From positions 104,534,001 to 104,598,000 of the forward strand of contig NC_058373.1 in assembly GCF_018350175.1 (NCBI RefSeq): DNA of 64,000 bases, read 5' to 3'. Under the pieces are notes generated by a model that saw nothing but the letters and a program-made list of their open reading frames with translations, had not been told where the DNA came from and made no database searches. A program made the translations under genes and the position numbers. Source of the stretch: Felis catus. Lineage: Eukaryota. How positions within the stretch are numbered: the first letter of the stretch is position 1; the number at the start of each line of letters is the position of its first letter. Below, piece by piece: positions 1 to 12,891 of this stretch.

Positions 1-130
1 GAAACTTGTTCCCATCTGAGATTTAACACGAATTCTTTTTCTGGAAGCTGCTGACAGCATAGCTTCCAAGGATTTTCTAAGGTCCAGCATGGCTCCCAGC
101 ATAGTCTCCTTAGAGTGTAATTTCTGCACT

Positions 131-290
131 ACAGCACAGATTCGGAAGTCAGATGACCCAGGACGGAATATCAGCTCTGCTTCTCACCATGTTGTGCTCT
201 TTCCTCTCTAACCTTCAGTTTCTTCACTGACAAGAAGGAGAGTGATATCTCCCTAGCAGGGATGTTGTAAGAATTAGCTGAGATAATGTA
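131..290 (+). mobile_element. MIR fragment
   Basis: Degenerate MIR core (agctctgcttct...ccttcagtttcttcactg...gggatgttgtaagaattagctgagataatgta). Confidence 0.55.
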
Positions 291-377
291 CCTTGTTGTT
301 GTCATTTTATTTGCAGAACATCATAGCACCTGGAATGGTGACTTTCACCCAGAAGGGCTCTCAAAAAATATATACTA

Positions 378-586
378 GGTCGCCTGGGTGGCTCAGTCAG
401 TTGAGCGTCTGACTTAGGCTCAGGTCATGATCTCAAGGTTCGTGGGCTCGAGCCCCACGTTGGGCTCTGTGCTGACAACTCGGAGCCTGGAGTGTGCTTT
501 GGATTCTGTGTCTCCCTCTCTCTCTGCCCCTCCCCTGCTTGTGCTGTCTCTGTATGTCTATCAAAAATAAATAAACATTAAAAAAA
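378..586 (+). mobile_element. Can-SINE (feline SINEC)
   Basis: Head ggtcgcctgggtggctcagtcagtt with A/B boxes, CT-rich segment, A-rich tail. Confidence 0.95.
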
Positions 587-1227
587 TGTTTTTTTAATGT
601 ACTGATTGAATTTTACTTAAGCTCAAAGCATATATCATAGGCAAAATTTGACTTATAAACTGGAGTTTTTCCCAACTCTAAATGCATTTCCCCACATAAA
701 CAAAGTTATAAATTGTGGTTTGACCAAATATTGGTACTAAAATCCCATTTAATGCATAATGTTTTTAAAATACTGTACATTTGCAGTGAGGAAGCACAGT
801 CATTAAGCAAAACAAGACAACATTGACTAAAAGCAGTTTTATATTTATCTAGAACATTTGCAGTTGAGGAAACATAGATTTAATTTAAGGAAGAGGAAGA
901 AGTTGTAAATAATGATTGGAGGGGATCCTGAGGGAAATTTCTGTGTGTTTCCCAAAAGCTCTCAGTGTCGATGCCCTGAATCTTTATTCTGTTTAATTTC
1001 CCATCAAACCTTAGGACTTCCTTCTTCAATACAGCTATCAAATTCCTTATCAACATGACAGACATTTCTTTTAGCTCAGAAATGGTGGGGTTTCAAGAAT
1101 GCAGTTGTTATTTCCCAAGAAACAGGCAACTAGAGGGAAAAACAGGATGCATGAGAGAGAAACAGGGATTTTTATAATAACTCTAAGAAAAGGTGAAAAA
1201 GAATTGGGAAGTAAATGGAGTTATAAA

Positions 1228-1230
<3 letters not shown>

Positions 1231-1297
<67 letters not shown>

Positions 1298-1311
1298 AGA
1301 GAGAGAGAGAA
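1231..1311. repeat. Compound (GT)n(GA)n microsatellite
   Basis: Directly visible; explains the CVCV/RERE ORF at 1193..1501. Confidence 0.97.
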
Positions 1312-2087
1312 AGAGGCACGCAATTCTACCTCAGGCAATCAGTTTAATAAAGAGGTGAGGAAACAGCAGAGGAAAATGGCAAATGAGCTCTCTCTTTCTG
1401 AGGGTGAAAATGGGGGTGGTGGCCAATTTCCAAACAGAAAGTTCCCCATAATGGCTTCTCTGTGGTGTATCAGCCATTTGAGAACTTGCTTTCTGTTCTA
1501 AATAAATGCATAGGAAAGTTTTGTAAGGCAACATGAAGACCTTGGGAAGTCATTCAACCTTCCTAGATTGGGGTGTTCTCATTTATAAAATGAGAAAGTG
1601 GGACTAGACACTCTATGGGAAATCTTGGTGTAAAAATTTTAAATTTTATGAAGACCTTGTGACTTAATACCAACTAGCACTGTTTCTAGCTAAGTACAAG
1701 TTAAAATCATAGACTTTGCTTATGCAACCCAATATGGTCCTTCCCTCTCACCTCCTTAAAAAGTAATCTTCCCCAAGCATCACCATGACAACTGAGAAAT
1801 AATCCTGTGTTTCTTCTAAGGAAGGGATTTTCAGATTTATACCTAGACACAGGGCAGGATATTTTTCAGGAAATATCAATGCATTTGGAACTTTCCCTAG
1901 AGTAAAAGATCTAAGTGAGAATCCCTGAAAGAAAAAGAAACAGGAACTGACTTTCTTCTAAAATATTAAAGTAGCTCATACATTGCAGTGTTAAATGCTG
2001 CTTTAAAGAGTGAACTTTCCAGAAAAAATTGAATAAGATAGATGACAAATTTATTAAACTCATGTTTTATCAAAGGGCATGGTTTTA

Positions 2088-2323
2088 TTTTATTTTATTT
2101 TAAAAAAAATTTTTTTTCAACATTTTTTATTTATTCTTGGGACAGAGAGAGACAGAGCATGAATGGGGGAGGGGCAGAGAGAGAGGGAGACACAGAATCG
2201 GAAACAGGCTCCAGGCTCCGAGCCATCAGCCCAGAGCCTGACGCGGGGCTCGAACTCACGGACCGCGAGATCGTGACCTGGCTGAAGTCGGACGCTTAAC
2301 CGACTGCGCCACCCAGGCGCCCC
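2088..2323 (-). mobile_element. Young SINEC_Fc-type Can-SINE
   Basis: Full length, CpG-rich; perfect 17-bp TSD caaagggcatggtttta (2071-2087, 2324-2340). Confidence 0.98.
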
Positions 2324-2629
2324 CAAAGGGCATGGTTTTAAAATTGCCTGTACACATTGTGAAACTGATCATTTTTATAGAACAATATTACGAGGCTCTT
2401 GAAATCTCAGTTATGCATACCAAACGGATAGGGTTGAACCTGGATTTTTGCCTGAAAAGAACATTGTACCCGAAATTAGGATTCCCAGGGCTTAGAGGCC
2501 AGTTTAGCTCCTGACTAATCATCTCTTCCTGGATGTTTCTTTCGTCATTCTCTCTCTTGATTTTCTATGTATGAAACGGAAATAACTATTATTCCTTTAT
2601 GTCAAACTCATTGATTGCTATTCTCTTAT

Positions 2630-2785
2630 ATTTTTATTGTGGGATACCAACGAATTTATCATTATAACCATTTATAAGGGTAATGTTTAGTGGCATTAAG
2701 TATATTGATATTGTTGTTCAATCATCACTACCATCCGTTTCCAAATTTTTTCATCTTCCCAAACTGTAATTCTGTACCTATTCTC
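2630..2785 (-). mobile_element. Ancient L1M 3'-end fragment
   Basis: ttagtggcattaagtata...caatcatcactaccatcc...ttcatcttcccaaactg resembles an L1MB-type 3' UTR. Confidence 0.7.
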
Positions 2786-3764
2786 TCATGTTAAGAGTAT
2801 TCTCTTAATACACTCAGAGCATCAACCCAGAGGGTTCTCATACCATGTACCCTCTTATTATGGTGGTGAGAAAATAATTTTACAGAATTATGAAGGGGAA
2901 ATTAAAAACTGCAGATATGCTGGTTTGATGTCAAATATGCTACAAAGTTTTACACATCAAGTTCTGATGATTCAAAGTGTAGTTGGGTTACACTCAAAAG
3001 TTTGAACTCAAACTTTCCATCACTGAATGTACATACTCCCCCTGTGAAAAGCACACCAAGAAGAATCTTGCCCCTCTTGGTGAAAACTGCCAAGTCCTCT
3101 CAGAGAAGACTAACAGAGTTAAGCATTCTGGGAAGATCAACCTTCTGAAGAAGTGGACGCATCAGGTGGGATGGTTGCATCCGTGCAGAAGAGACGCCCT
3201 CAGCATCACTGGTTCCGGGGACTTCCCAGGCTCCAGTGCTCTCCTGCGTACTCTGCCATTTGCTGTTCATTTTGAATCCAGTTCCCTTGACTTGCTGCTT
3301 TGGACCATCCTTGTTTCCCTGCCTCTCCTCCTTGTCCATAGGTCCCAGGCCCTCCTACCCCTCATGCGCAACTCCACCCTCATCTTGGATAAGGACAAGG
3401 TTCCCTTTTGCTTAATCCCCCGCCATTGTAGGTCAGCCTTCTCCACTCCTCTCCTGGCCCTAGCTGGCTAACACTTAGCCCCCTTTGCTCTCTTCCCTTT
3501 ACCCTCTCTTTCACTCACAACCAGAGCCACAGCCATTGCATTGAACACCAAGAAAATGTGGTTTTCCATGGTTTATAAGAACAACATCAGTATTAAATCA
3601 GATAATTTGATTGATCTTCAGCTTTCTGATTTATAGGTCAGACTTCCAGGCAGAGAAATCCTGTATTGAAAATCTGAGCCCATCTACCTGAACACTTATT
3701 CTTTAAAAAAAAAAATGACAGAGCTACCTAATCAGAGATATCTTATATCCAATGAGTTATGCTT

Positions 3765-4075
3765 TGTTCATCCATTATCTCAACAAACATTTGCTCAATA
3801 CGCTGCACATCTAGGAACCATTTAGGTGCTGGGAAAATAACTGTGAACGAGCAAGTCACTGCCCTCACAGAATTGAAAGTCTTTAGGGAAATGTAGACCC
3901 CGATGGGCAATTGCAATAATACAGATAAGTACAGATAAGCACAGATAATTGTAATAGGAGAGGTAGAGTGGGTCTGCATGAGCAGTGACTGGGGCATCTA
4001 ACCAGGCATGAGGCTCAGACAACTCTTCCTGGGGAAGTGATATTAAGCAGGAGTCCAAGAGAAGTCAGCCAAGCA
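3765..4075 (-). mobile_element. L2 3' fragment
   Basis: caacaaacatttgctcaata...taggtgctggg...ctgccctcacagaatt. Confidence 0.65.
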
Positions 4076-4535
4076 ACATAGTAGGAAATCTGGCATACAC
4101 TGCCTGCCATTTCATGATAATTTCATTTGTTTCCCCAAAATTAAATGTCTCTCTTATCCACAAAATAAGATAAACTCCTACCCGATGTGTAGGCAACAGA
4201 AAGCACTTAGACAATGCCATCTAAATACAATAGAGTCTGCTTGTCCTTGGGGTAAATAATGATGCTGTCTTTTGATGAGATTTATTTTCTTTTTGCATTT
4301 CAGTAATAAAATCATGTCAGGTGGGATCTGAGAGAAGATTTAAAACTAGCCTTAAGTGTTTCTATCTAACATTTAGAGTTTATTATTAGTACATGAGTAC
4401 ATGAGTAAAACAGATTGATGACATGGCCAAGACTTGAAAGGAAAATGTTGGAAAACTTTGTATATTTGATTTAAAGAATCCAGTCGTGCATAAGGCATCA
4501 GTAATGCCTTAATTCTTTACCAGTAATGCCTAAAT

Positions 4536-4744
4536 GCAGTTAATTCTGAACTCACACGTGAAAACATGCATGTGTTCCATCAGGGCCTCTTTACCCGGGG
4601 TCCAAGGGTTTCAGGAGTTCCCCACGTGTTGGGAAATTATATCTAAAAATTGTGTGTATGTACATATCACTGGGGAGATGTTCCGCAACTTTAATTGGCT
4701 ACTCGACACAGAATCTGTGTCCCTCAAAAGGTCAAGAACCACTG
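4536..4744. mobile_element. hAT-Charlie-type non-autonomous DNA transposon relic
   Basis: Right end aaaaggtcaagaaccactg is a Charlie-type TIR; left end degenerate. Confidence 0.45.
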
Positions 4745-5035
4745 CTCTGTAGGTTGGTGTAAGTGCTAAAAGGACAGTAAGAGCTGGATGGAACTTAGAG
4801 ATCATCAAATATGAATTATTCCATATGTGGATTGAGAAATGGAGGTAGAGTTTCAAACTGAATGTGCTCTCTAGGAAGGAAAATCAAAATGTAACAGTAA
4901 AGATTTTGGCTAACATAAAGACAATTTAAGAAAGGAATTCCAAACAGTAAAGATTGATCATCATTAGAGTAGTGATTCTAAAAAGGAGAGGAGGACTTTT
5001 CTTTTTGAAAAACCTTAAGGTAAAATATGAGGTTT

Positions 5036-5249
5036 GGGATACTTGGGTGGCTCAGTCAGTTAAGCATCTGACTTCGGCTCAGGTCATGATCTCACGGTTC
5101 TCGAGTTCGGGCTCCTCATCAGGCGCTCTGCTGACAGCTCGGCCTGGAGCCTGCTTCGGATTCTGTGTCTCCCTCTCTCTCTGCCCCTCCCCTGCTACGC
5201 TGTCTCCGTCTCAAAAAGGAATAAACATTTTAAAAGAAAGAAAGAAAAA
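5036..5249 (+). mobile_element. Can-SINE
   Basis: SINE head, body and tail; TSD aaaatatgaggttt / aaaacatgagattt. Confidence 0.95.
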
Positions 5250-5865
5250 CATGAGATTTTTATCCCCTGGAAGTGAAGGTGGGATTTTCCTAGCTAACGG
5301 CAAGAGAATACACAACGTGACAATGCAGTCTTCAAATGCTCCCTCTTCTCTTTCCTGGTCTATGGTAACACCGAGCAAATTATAATTCAAGCCCATCCAA
5401 AGGCAACCGCAACATATGGTTTTTAGAACACTAGCTTCTGTACGTAAAATCAGCACCTGGAAAACAGTGTGTTCTTTTCTCTAGCTTTGCCGATTGGAAG
5501 TAATGGGAGACTTTTCAGGCCCTGTAGCTTGTTTGAGGATGAACATAAAAGTCCACTCTTTGGGATTTAGGTATTTTACCTTTTGTGACCAACTGGACAT
5601 AAACCAGATTGGAGTTTAGTTTTGTGACCTCGAAGAAGGATCTGGTGGATACACTGAGAGTAGCGAAATAGATTGAGGAAGGAGGGTAAACCTGCCAGAG
5701 CCCTCTGCAAGCATCATCTTCATATCCAATATCAACAGTGAGTATGCTAGCTAGCAGGAGCATACTTTCCTTAGATCAAGTCTAAGCAAAACTTTGCTGG
5801 CTAATTGTTTATGAAACTGTATCTACTTGAAATAATTCAACTGCCTTTTAAAAAAGAGGCATTTT

Positions 5866-6300
5866 GGGGGCACTTGGGTGGCTCAGTCGGTTAAGTGTCC
5901 GACTTCGGCTCAAGTCATGATCTCATAGTTCATGGGTTGGAGCCCCGTGTAGGGCTCTGCGCTGAGAGCTCAGAGCCTGAAGCCCGCTTCGGATTCTATG
6001 TTTCCTTCTCTCTCTGCCCCTCCCCCCCTCTCTCTCAAAAATAAACATTAAAGGGGCACCAGGATGGCTCAGTCAGTTGAGCGTCCGACTTTGGCTAAGG
6101 TCATGATCTCACAGTTGTGAGTTCGAGCCCCGCGTCGGGCTCTGTGCTGACAGCTCAGAGCCTGGGGCCTAGTTTGGATTATGTGTCTCCTTCTCTCTCT
6201 GCCCCTTCTCCACTTGTGCTCTGTCTCTCTCTATCTCTCAAAAATAAATGTAAAAAAAGAAATAAAAAAAATAAACATTAAAATTTTGTTTTAATAAAAA
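5866..6300 (+). mobile_element. Can-SINE (outer; tail interrupted by a second SINE)
   Basis: Head at 5866, body to 6052, tail resumes after 6282. Confidence 0.9.
6053..6266 (+). mobile_element. Can-SINE nested in the A-tail of the previous SINE
   Basis: TSD aaaaataaacattaaa at 6037-6052 and 6267-6282. Confidence 0.93.
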
Positions 6301-7692
6301 ACATTTTTTAGTTAAAACTTTACTATGGCTTAGCTGAGCTTTCCGCCTAATTAATTTGATGTGTATTGTTATTCATCACAGAAATATGAAGGAAATACAC
6401 AGTCTCCCAGATGAACCAGAGAAGTAATATAACAGAAATGATCATATTATCCATTCTTGGATACAATACTTATAAAGCAGTTCTTAGTAAAAGTAACTAA
6501 AATATTCCTTCATTAAATAAAGACATTGTCAATTTACCCATCCTACTGGATTAAACTTAAAACTCTGATGTCTAAACCAACACAGGCAGGGTTGGTAAAG
6601 AGAGAATTGTAATTTTTTTTCCTTAAACAAACAAAGAAACAAACCAGGATTCAATGTATGGTGAGTCTGTAAGATTCAGTATTAATGTCTATGAGTCAAA
6701 AGGACTGACAGATTCAGCTTAAACAATTAATATTGTTTTCCCCTTCACAAGCTTACAACAAACGTCCTATGTCAGTTGCGCTGACAAGGATCTCAATTCA
6801 ACCACGTGGGAAAAGAAACATTTTGTTCCATTTCTTTCCTATTCCTTCATTTCTTCAAACCTGAGACTCTAGTACAGAAGTCTTACTTTCTATACTTTCC
6901 TTATGCCTGTTGTGAAAAGAATGGCAACTAAGCATAATTACTGAAATACCAGAGAAGTCAACGACAGAGGCTGCAGTAATTAGAATTCAAAGAGAGTTCA
7001 AGCGCCAAACAAACTGTTACCTAAATAAGTCAAATCTAAGCAACTTTTAAAACTTTCCTCTTTTGCAGAATCTAACAAATTTTCTCTAACATAATTTTCA
7101 TCTCCAAACTGCCAATTCTTTGAGTAAAACCCGAATGTTGGCAATAGGTAATTTAAGCTGTATCTCAAGGATTTCTACAGAGAATATAAACACAGTGACA
7201 ATAATAATGAGCCTGAAGAGCATAAAACCCAGCCACACGGAGAAGGACAAATGGCCAGTAAAACAGCATTTACCATCTGAGAGAGGGGAGTTTCGTTCAG
7301 AAACACCATAGGATGCTAAGGGCATCACTCTTGAAGAATGTTTCTTCAACTTTTGAAATGGTCCGCCTTGATCACAGTGCTTTTTCTGAGGTGGGTTGAG
7401 TCTCCTATTCTATAGCAAACACTCTGCTGTGGCTGGTGTCCAGGTGCTGTTCTGGAGATGCTGCTAGAAGCCACAAGCACTGATGTGCTGTTTCCCTGGG
7501 AAACCATGTGCCACATGTTCAAGCCATGTTTGACCTCCACTAAAATTGTTCTCTTAAGCAATTGTTAGGCACAGTGCAAAACTGTGAAAAATGAAAGGGA
7601 AAATTAAGATTGCTTCCCACTAAAAGCACAGCAGGGTTGCTAAACTAATAAAGCATTACCTTTCTAAAGATGTGGGGGTTGAGGGGGTGGCA

Positions 7693-7905
7693 GGGGCTGC
7701 CTGGGTGGTTCAGTCGGTTAACCGTCTGACTCTTGGTTTCATCTCAGGTCATGATCTCACAGTTCTTGGGCTCAAGTCCCACACAGGGCTCTGTGATGAC
7801 CCCACAGAGCCTGCTGGGGATTCTCCCTCTTTCTCTGCCCCTCCCCTGTTTGTTCTCTCTCTCAAAATAAATAAACTTAAAATTTTTTTAAATAAATAAA
7901 ATAAA
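7693..7905 (+). mobile_element. Can-SINE (older subtype)
   Basis: gcctgggtggttcagtcggttaa...gactcttggtttcatctcaggtcatgatc...aaataaataaacttaaaa. Confidence 0.93.
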
Positions 7906-8200
7906 GATGTGTGTGTGTATGTGTATATATATAAATGTAACTGAAGCATAGTATTTCCATAGTACTTCCAGTGCAACCAGAAGGAAGCAAAGGCAACAAA
8001 ACCTCTGGAAAAATGTTGAGTTCATGGGCAAATCACACGGAAAGACTAGCACCCCAGGGTAAACATTTTGACTTTGGTGAAAGATGATTAATTTGTATAG
8101 GACCTCCAAGAGTAAAATGTTTCCATAAACAGAAAAGAAACTGAATTTTCTCATTTTGTGATTGCAGAAATTACCACTATATATGCATCAATTTACTCAC

Positions 8201-8371
8201 GACCAGCACGGATAGTTCTGACGGGTTGCTATGCACTTGGATGCCAAGACTGGAACCCAGAAAAGAGGGATGAGCCGAGAGCATCGGTGCAGAGACTACA
8301 GTCATGGGAGGGGCTGACAACTCGCAGGGAGAGCTGCAGGCAGTGGAGAAAATCAGGCCTCGGGCTGAGCC
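8201..8371 (-). other. Candidate 171-nt spliced exon (host unknown)
   Basis: Minus-strand acceptor tattttccag|G and donor GTC|gtgagt; frame 0 open; no recognisable protein. Confidence 0.3.
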
Positions 8372-8394
8372 CTGGAAAATACTACCTTAAAAAA

Positions 8395-8646
8395 ACCTTT
8401 TTGGTTCGAAATAGAAGCTGCAAAAATTGTACAGGGACATCCTGTGGACCCTTCACCGAGCATCCTATTGCATGTATAGATTTGTCTAGCCACCACCACA
8501 GTCAGGATACGCAACAGCTTTGTCACCCCCCAAAACCTCCCTATAGCATAAGATCCTGGAGATCCATCCAACACTGGCATGTGTATCAATAGTTTGTTCC
8601 TTCTTATTGCTGAGTAGTATTCCACAGGATGAGTCCACCCCAGTTG
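8395..8646 (-). mobile_element. Ancient L1M 3' UTR fragment
   Basis: caccaccacagtcaggatac...tatcaatagtttgttccttcttattgctgagtagtattcc. Confidence 0.75.
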
Positions 8647-9099
8647 GAACACTAATGTCTAAGGGTCTAAAAGAAGGAAAGAAGCCCACATATGAAAGTG
8701 AGGAAAATGAGACCAGCGAAGGGAAAGCAGGAGGGCCAGAGTCCAGAAGTAGGGGAAGGGAGGCGTGCTTCAGGGACAGTGGGCTCAGCTGTGCCAAAAG
8801 CTGCTGAGTGAGATAAGGACCCAAAATTTAGCAGGACAACCACAACCAACAAGGTAGTGGGCACCCGTCACATGCTAGGGATGTGCTAGGCCCTGAAAAT
8901 AAAATGGGAAGCCAAACCAGACATGGTCCCTGTTCCCATGAGTCGAGATGAAGAGATTAAACGGAGCAAATAAACCTTACTAAGAAATATAAATTGGGAT
9001 AAGTATGGATAAAAGAAAGGGAATGATGTTACAAGAACCAATAACAAAGGGACCAGATCTAATCTACAGTCCATTCTTTATTCTTTTCTTTTTATTTTT

Positions 9100-10060
9100 T
9101 TCATTCATTGTGCGAGACATATTGAGTATCTTGTATGTGCTAGCTCTGTGCAAGGTTTTGGAGATATATCATTAAACAATATGGACAAGGTTCTAAGTGT
9201 ACATTCTATGCTATGGAGGGGATATAGGAGCTGAAAGATCTGGATGATAAGAAGTAATGAACTGGGTGGAGGATAAGCTATTCCACAGCAAGGGAAGGAT
9301 ATGCAAATGTCCTGTGGCAGGTTCATTGGAGAAACAGAAAATGCCTAGGTGGCTGTAATGTCATGAGTGGGAAATACATGGGTGTGACATAAAGCAGAAA
9401 AGGCCAGCTTCATGGATTTTTTTTTCTAAGTATAATTTAAAGCTATTCGGTGGTCTTAAACAGGGAAGAAAGCTGACCTTATGAATAGTTTAAAAGGACC
9501 ACCGGGATAACTGGAGAGTGGACCGTAATGGAGTGGAGACTTCAGGTGAGCCATGGTGGCTTTGACCAGAATGGTCGAGTGAAGACAAGGAGGCAAAGCC
9601 AAGACAATTTTGGAGACACCTGACAAGACTTGGTGACAAGATTATCCAGTCCAAGCCAGGAGAGGGGTAGAAGGTAGAAGATGAGAAAGGGAAAGCATTA
9701 AGAACAAGCCCTATATTTCTGGCTTTTGCAACCGGATGGACATTACCGAACACTGGAGAAAGAACAAATATGGGAGATGGATGATTGGGAAGACTAAGTG
9801 ATCCATTTCAGGTGTGTTTAGTTTGAGAAGTCTAAGAGACATCCAAGGTGGAGGGGGAGGTGTCCTAAAGGCTGCTGGATTGCAGTCTGTTGCAATCCAG
9901 CAAGATAACACTTAGCTGGAGAATCATCAGCGGGGAGATTTTTTAAATCTCTACAAGTTTGGGTGAAGTCAACTAACACACAGAGCCGAAGAGGAACCAG
10001 TACGGAGCCTCCAGGCCTCTAACATTGAGAGATGAGGTGGATCTGGAGCCAGTAAAGGAG
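9100..10060 (-). mobile_element. L2 fragment
   Basis: tcattcatt...tattgagtatcttgtatgtgctagctctgtgc...; ttcaggtgtgtttagtttgagaagtctaagagacatcca. Confidence 0.7.
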
Positions 10061-11121
10061 GCAGATGCTTACTAAATAAGCATCTGTGAACTGAAATTCA
10101 GAAAGGCCTCAAGGATGATGGCTGAATACGCCGCATTTGAAATGCCAAAAGAAATTATTTTCCAGGAATTACAAATGTATTCTTGGGCGCTAATGAACTG
10201 TTTTGATTTCTGAGAACAAATTTAAATAAGTTTGAGAAATTCCATCAAACAATTTATGCCAGTGTATGTAATTACACCAACACATATGGCACTGAGAAAC
10301 CACTCACTCCTCAACAGCATGTGAAAATGTTAGCGTAGCAAGGGAGAATCGAGCCTCAACTCAGAGCTTCCTGGCTATACCAGGTGAAGTCAAATAAGAT
10401 CCTGTTTAGGATCTTATTGTTGATTTGTCGAAGGAGGTGTTGCATGCTTTTAATAGATGCCTCAAGAAAACTGCCAGGAACTTCCACAGTGAGCCTTCAT
10501 GATTGCTTCACAATCACCAAATTAGCCCAAGACATGAGGGGAGCATCGATGGGCATGCAGGCAGCTAGGAGAGCCAGAAGGAGCTGGGCGCTGTTTAATT
10601 CCTTGTAGAAACCCATTCAAGCTTAACCACTGGGCGAAGGCTCTTCTGAGGGGGTGGGGTAAGGGTAGGGGATGGAAATAGCCTGAGGGAGACTGTTCTC
10701 TGTACAATGGACTTACACACTCAACACGTTACCAAAACATTTTGAAAACTTACTTTCTACTCTTCATTGCTGAGGCCCCCTGGAAAATACAATCTTCAGC
10801 AATGTATTCCTTGTGCAGTTTGTAATGCACTGTAGGCGGCTTTCACAATTTATAAAGACTGCTCAAATACCCCATGTCATGTCACCTCCATTCATCTGGA
10901 TGGCACTTCTCTTTGCTTAACTGACGAGGAAACCCAAAGCTCAAAAGTGTGGCTGAAAGTAATCTGTCACATGGCCAACAGGTTTCCAAGTACACCTAAT
11001 ATTGTTTTATTCTGGAATCAAGTATTAAGCGATTGCTACGGGCCAGGCATTGTGCTAGAATCTGGAAATATAAAGACAAATTAGGTAGGATTTCTGCTCA
11101 GAGTCCACTGGTACTTATTAG

Positions 11122-11245
11122 TGGGGTTACCAGATAAAATCCCATACAATATGTGGGATGGACTTATATTAAAAATTATTTATTATTTGTCAGATTCACA
11201 TTTAACTGGGCATTCTGTATTCTTACGTGAAAAATCGAGCAACCT
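11122..11245. mobile_element. MER53-like hAT MITE (internally deleted)
   Basis: gggttaccagataaaat ... cagattcacatttaactgggcattctgtatt...gcaacct. Confidence 0.7.
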
Positions 11246-11479
11246 CACATCATTAGAAACATTTTATGAATCACAGAGGCCAACAGAGCCCTCCTTATTC
11301 TTTTTATATTATACAAAGTGATTCGAAATGTTTTTTTTTCTCAGAAAAATTCTATCTACCAACAAAACACAAAACACAGACTGATGTTTATTGAGTAGAA
11401 CATAACTAGACAACAAACTATAAGGCTCTAGTTAAGAAAAAAACTTATCACTTTATTATATATGAAAGTACTTTTTTGG

Positions 11480-11660
11480 TTTACAAAGCATTTTGCATAT
11501 ATTATCTCATTGGCTCTTATGCAGATGAAGGGATATTGATCCCAATTTATAGATGAGAAAACCAAGGCTTAGAGAAACCACGTGACTTGCTTTGAGTGAG
11601 TAGTAAGTCATGACACTCTGAAACCAGTCAATGAACCTTCAGTTCAAGTGCCTGTTTTTC
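11480..11660 (-). mobile_element. MIR
   Basis: tttacaaagcatttt...cccaatttatagatgagaaaaccaaggcttagagaa...gtgacttgc. Confidence 0.7.
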
Positions 11661-12364
11661 TACAGGATTCTGGATGCTGACAACAGTAACTGCTAAAGTA
11701 GCATCCTAAATTGAATTCTTCCTCCTTCAGTTTTGGATGAGGCCACAAAGGCAGAAAACAATATAAAAGTTGTCAAATATGCCCCTGATCTTAAAGTCAG
11801 GGCACATCACCTAAGCCCACTTGTAAAAGAGACCTCTCTGGAGAGAGTTATTGATATGCTGTGCCATGGCCCCCTCACACCCCTCACCTCGAGGTGCGGG
11901 AGGGGGGTGCTTTTTCCTCTCTTTGGGGGGAGGGGCAACTTGGCATGTGTCCACTGGGGTCTGGGGTTCATACACAGGTTGTGCAACCTGAGTCTCCCCA
12001 AGAGAAGTTAAAAGGTGGAATTTGGCAGCTGGAGATGTCCCTGTGTGACAACGGTGTATAAAGAGCAGCACTGGGAGCAAGTAGCCCTTCTTCCAATGAC
12101 TGGGCTAATCGGTATGTCCATATGCTGGGGACCATCGAGGGAGCCGGCCTGCTGGTCTTAGAAGCACTCCTGTCCAAGATGACTCCCAAGAGAGGTGACA
12201 TGACCACAAAAGAATGGGGTTTGGGAAACCCAGGAACTGAGAGATGGGGAGGGACATCATAATCAGCCAGTTTGTGTGAGAGAGGCAATTTCTTGGAACT
12301 CTTTGAATTGTTTGATATGCATCGGCTCTTGTTAGTTTACATCATATTTATGAAGATTCCTATG

Positions 12365-12500
12365 AATATTCCATCATATTCCTAAGTACTATTATTAGCC
12401 CATTTTACAGAGAAGGAAACTCAAGCACATATGCAGGTGAATGAACCAGCCCAAGTTCATACAGGTGATGAAGAGGAATGTAAGCTAAGATAGGCTCTTA
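12365..12500 (-). mobile_element. MIR
   Basis: attattagcccattttacagagaaggaaactcaagcaca...cccaagttcatacag. Confidence 0.65.
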
Positions 12501-12663
12501 AGCTCTATTGATTCTATTAGGTCCTTACCTTATTTAATCCTCAAACAACCCTATTGTTGTCCTATGGTTACATTCAGCTAAGTCAATAGGATACGAGGAT
12601 ATGAGTTTTCAGACACTATTGATATTGACATAGAGCAAAAAAAAAGGAACGTTTCCTTTTCTT

Positions 12664-12891
12664 TCTTTTTTTTTAAATTTTTTTTCAACGTTTATTTATT
12701 TTTGGGACAGAGAGAGACAGAGCATGAACGGGGGAGGGGCAGAGAGAGAGGGAGACACAGAATCGGAAACAGGCTCCAGGCTCTGAGCCATCATCAGCCC
12801 AGAGCCCAACACGGGGCTCGAACTCCCGGACCGCAAGATCGTGACCTGGCTGAAGTCGGACACTTAACCGACTGCGCCACCCAGGCGCCCC
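12664..12891 (-). mobile_element. Young SINEC_Fc-type Can-SINE
   Basis: Perfect TSD gaacgtttccttttctt (12647-12663, 12892-12908). Confidence 0.98.

Noticed and set aside
1015..1084. Possible + strand exon (ttag|GACTTCC...AAATG|gtgggg) encoding TSFFNTAIKFLINMTDISFSSEM
   Set aside because: Weak donor, no recognisable protein, no compatible neighbouring exons
2042..2326. Recurring ORFs such as MNGGGAEREGDTESETGSRL and GACFRFCVSLSLCPSP at many loci
   Set aside because: Translations of Can-SINE bodies, not a gene family
2983..3471. 162-aa + strand ORF in unique sequence
   Set aside because: Starts at TTG, not ATG; no recognisable domain or splice context; consistent with chance
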